A stretch of DNA of 64,000 nt from Dendrobates tinctorius (taxonomy: Eukaryota): assembly GCF_039654945.1 (NCBI RefSeq), contig NW_027362117.1, positions 1,674,001 through 1,738,000 on the forward strand. The letters run 5' to 3'. Below are positions 10,601 through 23,050 of this stretch, piece by piece. The translations under genes and the position numbers were made by a program. The notes beneath the pieces are model-generated. The model did no database searches. It saw only the letters and a program-made list of their open reading frames with translations, and had not been told where the DNA came from. Within the stretch, counting starts at the first letter, position 1. Every line of letters begins with the position of its first letter.

Positions 10601-13220
10601 GGTGTATATACCCGTGTGTGTGTGTATACATGTATCTGTGTGTGTATACACCCTGTAGGTACGGGCTTGGTGTATATACCCGTGTGTGTGTGTATACATG
10701 TATCTGTGTGTGTATACACCCTGTAGGTACGGGCTTGGTGTATATACCCGTGTGTGTGTGTATACATGTATCTGTGTGTGTATACACCCTGTATGTACGG
10801 GCTTGGTGTATATACCTGTGTGTGTGTGTATACATGTATCTGTGTGTATACACCCTGTAGGTACGGGCTTGGTGTATATACCTGTGTGTGTGTGTGTATA
10901 CATGTATCTGTGTGTATACACCCTGTAGGTACGGGCTTGGTGTATATACCCGTGTGTGTGTGTATACATGTATCTGTGTGTGTATACACCCTGTAGGTAC
11001 GGGCTTGGTGTATATACCCGTGTGTGTATACATGTATCTGTGTGTGTATACACCCTGTAGGTACGGGCTTGGTGTATATACTAGTGTGTGTGTATACATG
11101 TATCTGTGTGTGTATACACCCTGTATGTACGGGCTTGGTGTATATACCCGTGTGTGTGTGTATACATTATCTGTGTGTGTATACACCCTGTATGTACGGG
11201 CTTGGTGTATATACCCGTGTGTGTGTGTATACATGTATCTGTGTGTGTATACACCCTGTATGTACGGGCTTGGTGTATATACCCGTGTGTGTGTAGCGTC
11301 CACATTTCTACATCCCGGCTGCTCGTAGGTGTACACGTCGGTATTCGCCCTGCTCATTGGGTGATGGGATGGTTCGTTGCTGGCGGCAGCACGTCGCCGC
11401 TCTGCACGGCTGATCTCCTGATGCTGGCCGGGACAGACTGATCTATTGCTCGTTCAGTATAAAGAGGTCGGAAACCAGCGATGAGCGGCTCCAGTATTGT
11501 GAATCGCTCCTGACCTCCGCGCCTGTGACCACAGCCGAGCTGCTCCTGTGAGGAGGCGATGTGTCAGCACTCGGGGTCTCGCGTGGTCCACACCCGGCTC
11601 GCCCCTCGCTGGTGACCGTGGGCGTCTCAGGATACAGGAAGTATTCATACAATGTAACACGGGGGATACGAGGTTCTCTGCTCCGAGGCACCGGCCGCTG
11701 CGGCCACAGACACGTCATGCAGACCCCCGCGTGTCAGACATGCAGAACGGACGCCGGTGACAGCGAGATCAAAGCACGTACCCGCGCCTCGATGTACTCG
11801 ATCCGCCGCTCCAGAGCCGTCAGCTTCTCGTTCAATGTCGCCAGTCGTGATCGGCAGGACATGTCTGCAAATAAGAGAAGAGGTCAGAGCTCCGCACCGG
11901 ACCCGGGAGCACCCCAACACCCTGCACATAGGGGGCGCCCTGCACCCCAGACATAAGAGGAGAGGTCAGAGCTCCGCACCGGACACGGGAGCACCCCAAC
12001 ACCCTGCACATAGGGGACGCCCTGCACCCCAGACATAAGAGGTCAGAGCTCTGCGCCGGGCCCTGGGGCACCCCAACACCCTGCACGTAGGGGACGCCCT
12101 GCACCCCAGACATAAGAGGTCAGAGCTCCGCGCCGGACACGGGAGCACCTCAACACCCTGCACATAGGGGACGCCCTGCACCCCAGACATAAGAGGAGAG
12201 GTCAGAGCTCCGCGCCGGGCCCTGGGGCACCCCAACACCCTGCACGTAGGGGGCACCCTGCACCCCAGACATAAGAGGAGAGGTCAGAGCTCCGCACCGG
12301 ACCTGGGAGCACCTCAACACCCTGCACATAGGGGGCGCCCTGCACCCCAGACATAAGAGGAGAGGTCAGAGCTCCGCGCGCGGACCCTGGGGCACCCCAA
12401 CACCCTGCACGTAGGGGGCGCCCTGCACCCCAGACATAAGAGGAGAGGTTACAGCTCCGCACCGGACCCGGGAGCACCCCGACACCCTGCACATAGGGGG
12501 CGCCCTGTACCCCAGACATAAGAGGAGAGGTTACAGCTCCGCACCGGACCCGGGAGCACCCCGACACCCTGCACATAGGGGGCGCCCTGCACCCCAGACA
12601 TAAGAGGAGAGGTCAGAGCTCCGCGCCGGACCCTGGGGCACCCCAACACACTGCACGTAGGGGGCGCCCTGCACCCCAGACATAAGAGGAGAGGTTACAG
12701 CTCCGCACCGGACCCGGGAGCACCCCGACACCCTGCACATAGGGGGCGCCCTGCACCCCAGACATAAGAGGTGAGGTCAGAGCTCCGCACCGGACCTGGG
12801 AGCACCCCAACACACTGCACGTAGGGGGCGCCCTGCACCTCAGACATAAGAGGAGAGGTCAGAGCTCCGCACCGGACCGGGGAGCACCCCAACACCCTGC
12901 ATCCCAGACATAAGAGGAGAGGTCAGAGCTCCGCACCGGACCCCCGGGCATCACCTCACTAGATCGCAGGCGCCCACTCAGCGCATTACTCCACCCTGTA
13001 ACTAGAGGGCGCCACCATTCACAATATATTTACACAGAGACTTCCTGTCTATGCTGTCGCGACTACGAGCCCCCTTCCTCGCTCTCATGTCGCGACATTT
13101 ACCGAATGAGTTGAGGAAGTCGGCGATCTTCTTGATGCTGCTGGTGATCACCTCGATGTACTCGCGGTTGGCCCAGTCCTGGTGAATCTCCCTCTGCACC
13201 GGGTCCTCCTGGCTCGACAT
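4614..13220 (-). CDS. BRK1: BRICK1/HSPC300, SCAR/WAVE complex subunit, 75 aa; complement(join(4614..4640,11782..11864,13103..13220))
   Basis: [75 protein letters not shown] is nearly identical to recalled vertebrate BRK1. Exons of 118+83+27 nt with GT-AG sites. Confidence 0.97.
6745..11294. repeat. About 60-70-bp compound minisatellite (gtatacaccctgtaggtacgggcttggtgtatataccc(gt)n atacatgtatct(gt)n) in BRK1 intron 2, interrupted by a CR1 fragment
   Basis: Constant core with variable (GT)n lengths; each core has an 8-bp inverted repeat tatacacc/ggtgtata around a 16-nt spacer. Confidence 0.97.
9066..9372 (+). mobile_element. 5'-truncated CR1 LINE 3' end
   Basis: Encodes [46 protein letters not shown] (CR1 ORF2 C-terminus), followed by 3' UTR and an (ATTCTATG)-type tail. 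Confidence 0.92.
11782..11864 (-). CDS. BRK1: BRK1 exon 2 (83 nt)
   Basis: Reverse complement: ttgcag|AC ATG TCC TGC ... GCG CGG|gtacgt. Confidence 0.96.
11871..12945. repeat. 82-bp (some 77-bp) GC-rich minisatellite, about 13 copies, filling most of BRK1 intron 1
   Basis: Unit ataagaggagaggtcagagctccgcaccggacccgggagcaccccaacaccctgcacatagggggcgccctgcaccccagac. Confidence 0.95.
13103..13220 (-). CDS. BRK1: BRK1 exon 1, coding part (118 nt)
   Basis: Reverse complement: aagATGTCG ... TCA TTC G|gtaaat. Confidence 0.96.
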
Positions 13221-13545
13221 CTTCTGTCTATTTCTCCGCGATCTCTCGGGAGGCGCAGCGCCACCTGCTGGACTAGCCGTCACCTCACGTCACATCCGAA
13301 GCGCCGGCGGCCATCTTTATACCGGGCGGAGCTGATGTTCCCGCATCTACAGAGGCTCCGCGCCCCACAGATAACTGCCGCGGATCCCACAGATAACGGT
13401 CGCGGATCCCACAGCTGTACATGGCGGAAATAGAAGACGTCACAGCTCCACCGGGCAACACTCAGGACCGAGAGAAAGAAGCCGCTATGTACGGGAACCG
13501 AGAGGGACCAAAAGCCTCCGAACCGCGCCCGAGACGACGTCATAG
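13221..13545 (-). promoter_or_regulatory. BRK1 5' UTR and CpG-rich promoter
   Basis: CpG-dense; YY1-like GCCATCTT (about 13310) and ATGGCGG (13421), GC box gggcgg (about 13324), CRE-like acgtca (about 13287). Confidence 0.6.
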
Positions 13546-13549
13546 AAGA

Positions 13550-16500
13550 CAGGAGGAGGAGCTTAGATACACAGCTCAGCAGTCAGTATCACACAGGAGA
13601 GGATTAGATACACAGCTCAGCAGTCAGTATCACACAGGAGAGGATTAGATACACAGCTCAGCAGTCAGTATCACACAGGAGAGGATTAGATACACAGCTC
13701 AGCAGTCAGTATCACACAGGAGAGGATTAGATACACGGCTCAGCAGACAGTATCACACAGGAGAGGATTAGATACACGGCTCAGCAGACAGTATCACACA
13801 GGGGAGGATTAGATACACGGCTCAGCAGACAGTATCACACAGGATAGGATTAGATACACGGCTCAGCAGTCAGTATCACACAGGAGAGGATTAGATACAC
13901 GGCTCAGCAGTCAGTATCACACAGGAGAGGATTAGATACACGGCTCAGCAGTCAGTATCACACAGGAGAGGATTAGATACACGGCTCAGCAGACAGTATC
14001 ACACAGGATAGGATTAGATACACGGCTCAGCAGTCAGTATCACACAGGAGAGGATTAGATACACAGCTCAGCAGTCAGTATCACACAGGAGAGGATTAGA
14101 TACACAGCTCAGCAGTCAGTATCACACAGGAGAGGATTAGATACACAGCTCAGCAGTCAGTATCACACAGGAGAGGATTAGATACACGGCTCAGCAGACA
14201 GTATCACACAGGATAGGATTAGATACACGGCTCAGCAGTCAGTATCACACAGGAGAGGATTAGATACACGGCTCAGCAGTCAGTATCACACAGGATAGGA
14301 TTAGATACACGGCTCAGCAGTCAGTATCACACAGGATGGGATTAGATACACGGCTCAGCAGACAGTATCACACAGGAGAGGATTAGATACACGGCTCAGC
14401 AGTCAGTATCACACAGGAGAGGATTGGATACATGGCTCAGCAGTCAGTATCACACAGGAGAGGATTAGATACACGGCTCAGCAGTCAGTATCACACAGGA
14501 GAGGATTAGATACATGGCTCAGCAGTCAGTATCACACAGGATGGGATTAGATACACGGCTCAGCAGACAGTATCACACAGGAGAGGATTAGATACACGGC
14601 TCAGCAGTCAGTATCACACAGGAGAGGATTGGATACATGGCTCAGCAGTCAGTATCACACAGGAGAGGATTAGATACATGGCTCAGCAGTCAGTATCACA
14701 CAGGAGAGGATTAGATACACGGCTCAGCAGTCAGTATCACACAGGAGGGGATTAGATACACAGCTCAGCAGTCAGTATCACACAGGAGAGGATTAGATAC
14801 ACGGCTCAGCAGACAGTATCACACGGGAGGATTAGATACACGGCTCAGCAGACAGTATCACACAGGAGAGGATTAGATACACGGCTCAGCAGACAGTATC
14901 ACACAGGGGAGGATTAGATACACGGCTCAGCAGACAGTATCACACAGGATAGGATTAGATACACGGCTCAGCAGTCAGTATCACAGGAGAGGATTAGATA
15001 CACGGCTCAGCAGTCAGTATCACACAGGATAAGATTAGATACACGGCTCAGCAGTCAGTATCACACAGGAGAGGATTAGATACACGGCTCAGCAGACAGT
15101 ATCACACAGGAGAGGATTAGATACACGGCTCAGCAGTCAGTATCACACAGGAGAGGATTAGATACACGGCTCAGCAGTCAGTATCACAGGAGAGGATTAG
15201 ATACACGGCTCAGCAGACAGTATCACACAGGGGAGGATTAGATACACGGCTCAGCAGACAGTATCACACAGGGGAGGATTAGATACATGGCTCAGCAGTC
15301 AGTATCACACAGGATAAGATTAGATACACGGCTCAGCAGTCAGTATCACACAGGAGAGGATTAGATACACAGCTCAGCAGTCAGTATCACACAGGAGAGG
15401 ATTAGATAAACGGCTCAGCAGTCAGTATCGCACAGGAGAGGATTAGATACACGGCTCAGCAGTCAGTATCGCACAGGATAGGATGAGATACACTGCTCAG
15501 CAGTCAGTATCGCACAGGATAGGATTAGATACACGGCTCAGCAGACAGTATCACACAGGAGGATTAGATACACGGCTCAGCAGACAGTATCACACAGGAG
15601 AGGATTAGATACACGGCTCAGCAGTCAGTATCGAACAGGAGAGGATTAGATACACGGCTCAGCAGTCAGTATCGCACAGGAGAGGATTAGATACACGACT
15701 CAGCAGTCAGTATCGCACAGGAGAGGATGAGATACACGGCTCAGCAGTCAGTATCGCACAGGAGAGGATTAGATACACGGCTCAGCAGTCAGTATCGCAC
15801 AGGAGAGGATTAGATACACGGCTCAGCAGTCAGTATCGCACAGGATAGGATGAGATACACGGCTCAGCAGTCAGTATCGCACAGGATAGGATTAGATACA
15901 CGGCTCAGCAGACAGTATCACACAGGAGAGGATTAGATACACGGCTCAGCAGTCAGTATCGCACAGGAGAGGATTAGATACACAGCTCAGCAGTCAGTAT
16001 CACACAGGATATGATTAGATACACGGCTCAGCAGTCAGTATCGTACAGGAGAGGATTAGATGCACGGCTCAGCAGTCAGTATCGCACAGGAGGGGATTAG
16101 ATACACGGCTCAGCAGTCAGTATCGCACAGGAGAGGATTAGATACACGGCTCAGCAGTCAGTATCCCACACAGGATAGGATTAGATACACGGCACAGCAG
16201 TCAGTATCACACAGGAGAGGATTAGATACACGGCTCAGCAGTCAGTATCACACAGGAGAGGATTAGATGCACGGCTCAGCAGTCAGTATCGCACAGGAGA
16301 GGATTAGATACACGGCTCAGCAGTCAGTATCGCACAGGAGAGGATTAGATACACGGCTCAGCAGTCAGTATCGCACAGGAGAGGATTAGATACATGGCTC
16401 AGCAGTCAGTATCACACAGGAGAGGATTAGATACACGGCTCAGCAGTCAGAATCACACAGGATAGGATTAGATACACGGCTCAGCAGTCAGTATCACACA

Positions 16501-19500
16501 GGAGAGGATTAGATACACGGCTCAGCAGTCAGTATCACACAGGAGGGGATTAGATACACGGCTCAGCAGTCAGTATCACACAGGAGAGGATTAGATACAC
16601 GGCTCAGCAGACAGTATCACACGGGATAGGATTAGATACACGGCTCAGCAGTCAGTATCGCACAGGAGAGGATTAGATACACGGCTCAGCAGTCTGTATC
16701 ACACAGGAGAGGATTAGATACACGGCTCAGCAGTCAGTATCACACAGGATAGGATAAGATACACGGCTCAGCAGTCAGTATCGCACAGGAGAGGATTAGA
16801 TACACGGCTCAGCAGTCAGTATCGCACAGGAGAGGATTAGATACACGGCTCAGCAGTCAGTATCACACAGGATAGGATTAGATACACGGCTCAGCAGTCA
16901 GTATCACACAGGATAGGATTAGATACACGACTCAGCACTCAGTATCACACAGGAGAGGATTAGATACACGCCTCAGCAGTCAGTATCACACAGGATAGGA
17001 TTAGATACACGGCTCAGCAGACAGTATCACACAGGATAGTATTAGATACACAGCTCAGCAGACAGTATCACGCAGGATAGGATTAGATACACGGCTCAGC
17101 AGTCAGTATCACACGGGATAGGATTAGATACACGGCTCAGCAGTCAGTATCGCACAGGATAGGATTAGATACACGGCTCAGCAGTCAGTATCGCACAGGA
17201 GAGGATTAGATACACGGCTCAGCAGTCAGTATCGCACAGGAGAGGATTAGATACACGGCTCAGCAGTCAGTATCACACAGGAGAGGATTAGATACACGGC
17301 TCAGCAGTCAGTATCACACAGGATAGGATTAGATACACGGCTCAGCAGTCAGTATCACACAGGATAGGATTAGATACACGGCTCAGCAGACAGTATCACA
17401 CAGGATAGTATTAGATACACAGCTCAGCAGACAGTATCACGCAGGATAGGATTAGATACACGGCTCAGCAGTCAGTATCACACAGGATAGGATTAGACAC
17501 ACAGCTCAGCAGTCAGTATCACACAGGATAGGATTAGATACACGGCTCAGCAGTCAGTATCACACGGGATAGGATTAGATACACGGCTCAGCAGTCAGTA
17601 TCACACGGGATAGGATTAGATACACGGCTCAGCAGTCAGTATCACACAGGAGAGGATTAGATACACGGCTCAGCAGTCAGTATCACACAGGATAGGATTA
17701 GATACACGGCTCAGCAGTCAGTATCACACAGGATAGGATTAGATACACGGCTCAGCAGACAGTATCACACAGGATAGTATTAGATACACAGCTCAGCAGA
17801 CAGTATCACGCAGGATAGGATTAGATACACGGCTCAGCAGTCAGTATCACACAGGATAGGATTAGATACACGGCTCAGCAGTCAGTATCACACAGGAGAG
17901 GATTAGATACACGGCTCAGCAGTCAGAATCACACAGGATAGGATTAGATACACGGCTCAGCAGTCAGTATCACACAGGAGAGGATTAGATACACGGCTCA
18001 GCAGTCAGTATCACACAGGAGGGGATTAGATACACGGCTCAGCAGTCAGTATCACACAGGAGAGGATTAGATACACGGCTCAGCAGACAGTATCACACGG
18101 GATAGGATTAGATACACGGCTCAGCAGTCAGTATCGCACAGGAGAGGATTAGATACACGGCTCAGCAGTCTGTATCGCACAGGAGAGGATTAGATACACG
18201 GCTCAGCAGTCAGTATCACACAGGATAGGATAAGATACACGGCTCAGCAGTCAGTATCGCACAGGAGAGGATTAGATACACGGCTCAGCAGTCAGTATCG
18301 CACAGGAGAGGATTAGATACACGGCTCAGCAGTCAGTATCACACAGGATAGGATTAGATACACGGCTCAGCAGTCAGTATCACACAGGATAGGATTAGAT
18401 ACACGACTCAGCACTCAGTATCACACAGGAGAGGATTAGATACACGCCTCAGCAGTCAGTATCACACAGGATAGGATTAGATACACGGCTCAGCAGACAG
18501 TATCACACAGGATAGTATTAGATACACAGCTCAGCAGACAGTATCACGCAGGATAGGATTAGATACACGGCTCAGCAGTCAGTATCACACGGGATAGGAT
18601 TAGATACACGGCTCAGCAGTCAGTATCGCACAGGATAGGATTAGATACACGGCTCAGCAGTCAGTATCGCACAGGAGAGGATTAGATACACGGCTCAGCA
18701 GTCAGTATCGCACAGGAGAGGATTAGATACACGGCTCAGCAGTCAGTATCACACAGGAGAGGATTAGATACACGGCTCAGCAGTCAGTATCACACAGGAT
18801 AGGATTAGATACACGGCTCAGCAGTCAGTATCACACAGGATAGGATTAGATACACGGCTCAGCAGACAGTATCACACAGGATAGTATTAGATACACAGCT
18901 CAGCAGACAGTATCACGCAGGATAGGATTAGATACACGGCTCAGCAGTCAGTATCACACAGGATAGGATTAGACACACAGCTCAGCAGTCAGTATCACAC
19001 AGGATAGGATTAGATACACGGCTCAGCAGTCAGTATCACACGGGATAGGATTAGATACACGGCTCAGCAGTCAGTATCACACGGGATAGGATTAGATACA
19101 CGGCTCAGCAGTCAGTATCACACAGGAGAGGATTAGATACACGGCTCAGCAGTCAGTATCACACAGGATAGGATTAGATACACGGCTCAGCAGTCAGTAT
19201 CACACAGGATAGGATTAGATACACGGCTCAGCAGACAGTATCACACAGGATAGTATTAGATACACAGCTCAGCAGACAGTATCACGCAGGATAGGATTAG
19301 ATACACGGCTCAGCAGTCAGTATCACACAGGATAGGATTAGATACACGGCTCAGCAGTCAGTATCACACAGGATAGGATTAGATACACGGCTCAGCAGTC
19401 AGTATCACACAGGATAGGATTAGATACACGGCTCAGCAGACAGTATCACACAGGATAGTATTAGATACACAGCTCAGCAGACAGTATCACGCAGGATAGG

Positions 19501-20286
19501 ATTAGATACACGGCTCAGCAGTCAGTATCACACGGGATAGGATTAGATACACGGCTCAGCAGTCAGTATCACACAGGATAGGATTAGATACACGGCTCAG
19601 CAGTCAGTATCACACGGGATAGGATTAGACACACAGCTCAGCAGTCAGTATCACACAGGATAGGATTAGATACACGGCTCAGCAGTCAGTATCACACGGG
19701 ATAGGATTAGATACACGGCTCAGCAGTCAGTATCACACGGGAGAGGATTAGATACACGGCTCAGCAGTCAGTATCACACGGGAGAGGATTAGATACACGG
19801 CTAAGCAGTCAGTATCACACGGGGTAGGATTAGACACACAGCTCAGCAGTCAGTATCACACGGGATAGGATTAGATACACGGCTCAGCAGTCAGTATCAC
19901 ACGGGAGAGGATTAGATACACGGCTCAGCAGTCAGTATCACACGGGAGAGGATTAGATACACGGCTCAGCAGTCAGTATCACACGGGATAGGATTAGACA
20001 CACGGCTCAGCAGTCAGTATCACACAGGATAGGATTAGATACACGGCTCAGCAGTCAGTATCACACAGGATAGGATTAGACACACAGCTCAGCAGTCAGT
20101 ATCACACAGAGGATTAGATACACGGCTCAGCAGTCAGTATCACACGGGAGAGGATTAGATACACGGCTCAGCAGTCAGTATCACACGGGAGAGGATTAGA
20201 TACACGGCTCAGCAGTCAGTATCACACGGGATAGGATTAGATACACAGCTCAGCAGTTAGCATCACTTATGAAAGGATTAGATACG
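13550..20286. repeat. 41-bp satellite (ggattagatacacggctcagcagtcagtatcacacaggaga), about 164 copies, with an internal 1476-bp higher-order duplication
   Basis: 41-bp period measured directly (e.g. 13601 to 13642). Confidence 0.98.
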
Positions 20287-20989
20287 GGTCAGCCTCTTGG
20301 ATCCGCAGGGTTCAGTATCGTATTAATGAAATTTAGATGAGATTTTTCTTGACATAATTTAATGAAAACCGGATTTATAAACATTAGAGGATTTTCACGA
20401 TTCCATTGATCCCATTGTGTCGTCCGCCATGTTGGATTTGGTCGCTAATGATCCGTCAGCAGGGCGGCTCTTGACAGTCTCTAGTCGCGGCCGCTGTGCG
20501 GTTTCTGCTTCTTGCCAGCAAGTCGTCCGTCACAGGGATCAGGACTTATTATCAGGGCTTGACCCGTGCTCCTCGTAGCTTTACAATGAGCTTCAAACGG
20601 GGTGGATGGATTTTCTTCTAGATCATGCTCTACACTGCAGCACTGCTCTCTTATGGTACAAGTGTGATCAGTTGCTCCCTTGCATTAGCTGAGGGCCAGG
20701 TACTATGAAGCCAGCCCTCTCTGTACTTCACCACTTCTGTTGTTCATGGCCTTGGACAGTTTTCATTGTCTTTGCTGTTGGGATGAAGGTCCCAATAACG
20801 AGCAGGATCATTCTGTGATTGCCCCCAGAAGTGGCCGAGAACGGCGCCCCACACAGGTATAACTGCCAGCATTACGCAGGACTACAACCTCAAGAGGCGA
20901 CTGTTCTGTCCACGGTGTGCACTAGGGGGCGGCGCTGGAACAGCGAATATCAACTGATTAATGAAAAAGGAAGAAACTAATGTATTAGA

Positions 20990-22345
20990 GAAGATTCTGG
21001 TATAAATGTCTGTAAAGCTGCTATTGGCATGAAATTCTCCCCAGATGTCGGGAACGTCCGACACACAGGAAAGAAATCACCCTAGAAGGCCATAAGTTGT
21101 GTGTAATAATGAGAAATGACACAGGGAAAAAGTATTGAACGCGTTACTGACATTTAATACTTTGCATAAAAGCCTTTCCTTTGCTGGTGATGAAGCTTCC
21201 AGATGCCTCCGGTGTGGAGAAACTAGTCACAGGCATTGCTCAGGTGTGATTTTGGCCCATTCTTCCACACAACACACTCTACGCATCCTGAAGCTTCCGT
21301 GGCTCCTATGATCGCTGAGATTTTAGTTTCTTCCATACATTTTGTCTTGGACTCAGGTCTGGTGATCGGCTCAGCTATTCTGTTTTTCTGAAATCAGTAG
21401 AGAATTTTCTTGGCCGTGTGCTGGGATCAGCGTCTTGCTGAAATGTCCACCGTCGTTTCATCTTCATCATCCTGGTAGATGGCTTCAGATTATTATCCAG
21501 AATGTCTCGGTACATTTGTCTGTTCATCCTTCCTTCAGTCACATGAAGTTTGCCATTGTCATATGCTGAAAATCAGCCTCACACCATGATGTTGCCACCT
21601 CCACACTTCACTGTTGGTATGGTGTTTTTGGGCTGATCTGCAGTGCCTTTTGGCCTCCAAATCTGGTATTATGGCATCCATAGTTTAATTTTGGTCTCTT
21701 CCGACCAGACTATATTCTCCCAGTATTTCACAGACTTGGCTAAATGTTGTTCAGTAAACTAAACAGGCATGAACAAGCTTTTTGTTCAGCAATGAAGTTT
21801 TGGTGGTGATTATGCACTACTTAGTTTTCTGTGAAACAATTGTACCTGCTTATCACACATCTTTCTAGAGCTTTCCACAGTTGGTCAGTGGCTCTCAGCC
21901 AACTCTTCTGATAATTCTTTTCACTTGTCTGTCTTAAGTCTTGCGGGAAGCACCTGGTCATGGTCAGTTTATGGTGAAATGATGTCAGTTACACTTCTGT
22001 ATTATGGCCACAGCAGTGCTCACTGGAACCTCCAGTAGTTTAGAAATTCTTCTGTAGCCAATGTCCTCAGGATGTTTTGCAACAATAAGGTTGTGAAGGT
22101 CTTGAGACAGCTCACTGGTGTTTGTGTGGTTCCTTGGTAACGAGACGCCTTTTTATCGGCCATCAGTTGAACCTGCTGATATTGTTTGTCAGTAAGTGGC
22201 CGGATTGCTTCCTAATTACTGACAGATCCCAGCCGATGTCTGGACTTTCCAGGGCTTTTTGCTCTTCTCTTCTATACTTTTCCCTGTGTCATTTCTCATT
22301 ATTACACAATTTATGGTGATTTTTTTTTCCTGTGTGGATTAAATG
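20990..22345 (-). mobile_element. Old, decayed Tc1-family DNA transposon
   Basis: Inverted termini remnants (taataatgagaaatgacacagggaaaa at about 21103; ttttccctgtgtcatttctcattatta at about 22278). The minus strand reads NTIPTVKCGGGNIMV*G*FSA and WTFQQD with stops. Outer limits approximate. Confidence 0.8.
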
Positions 22346-22771
22346 TTACTGCTCTATTAGTGCATCACAGCCCTGCAACATCGTGTCTGTTCCATCTGTC
22401 ACCAGCTCTGCTTGCAGGCAGTGAATGGGATTACTCTTGGTAGCGTCTGGCAGGATTCCTCCTGGGGGTGCAGTCCGTTCTGGGGGCGCAGCACTTCCTG
22501 ACCTGTTGCTCTCAGGTTGTTACATGATTGCCGCTGTCTTTTTTGCCCTGGTCTAGAGATCACTGCTGCAGACGAAGCCCTGACCCCAAACCTTCAGACC
22601 GCACCTCCGATACATTGTAGCTGCCATGCTGCGGGGAGCGTTACAGTGTAACAGCGTGTCTCAGTGCTGACACTCTGCGATCTGCCCATGAGTTGTAATG
22701 GCAGACACCCATAATAGAATTGTGGGAGAGATGAGCAGACGCTGATGTGTAACAGTAAGAAATATAGAGAC

Positions 22772-22777
22772 TTTATT
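22772..22777 (-). terminator. Probable ALAS1 polyadenylation signal
   Basis: tttatt on + (AATAAA on -) about 113 nt after the stop. Confidence 0.65.
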
Positions 22778-22889
22778 AAAAGACATTGGCAGATACGATA
22801 CTCCGAGGACAGTGATCACCGTACTATGTAGTGTGCGACATTCAGGACTATAGACCGGCTCCGCGGCGCCCCCTGGGGTGGGGTCTGTG

Positions 22890-23050
22890 TTATGCGCTCA
22901 CAGATACGACTTTGCTTAGACCGGAGAAGTAGGATTTCTCGCGCTCGCTCATCACCTCGAAGTGCAGCGGCTGCCGGCAGAAGTTACACTCGGCGGTGGA
23001 GTGCGGCTTCAGGTCCAGACCCACCTCCTTCCAGGTGATCAGCAGCTTCT
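22890..23050 (-). CDS. ALAS1: ALAS1 last coding exon
   Basis: (E)[52 protein letters not shown]. Confidence 0.95.

Noticed and set aside
6606-11441. Long ORFs (up to 880 aa) rich in YTH/VCV
   Set aside because: Open in all frames because the repeat lacks stops; intronic in BRK1; no domain content.
13421-13648. ATG-initiated ORF divergent from BRK1 (MAEIEDV...)
   Set aside because: No splice donor before it enters the 41-bp satellite, no recognisable homology, and ATGGCGG is equally explained as a YY1 site.
6745-20286. CRISPR-like appearance (palindromic constant core with variable intervening sequence)
   Set aside because: Intervening parts are (GT)n length variants or absent, not unique spacers; eukaryotic context; no cas genes.
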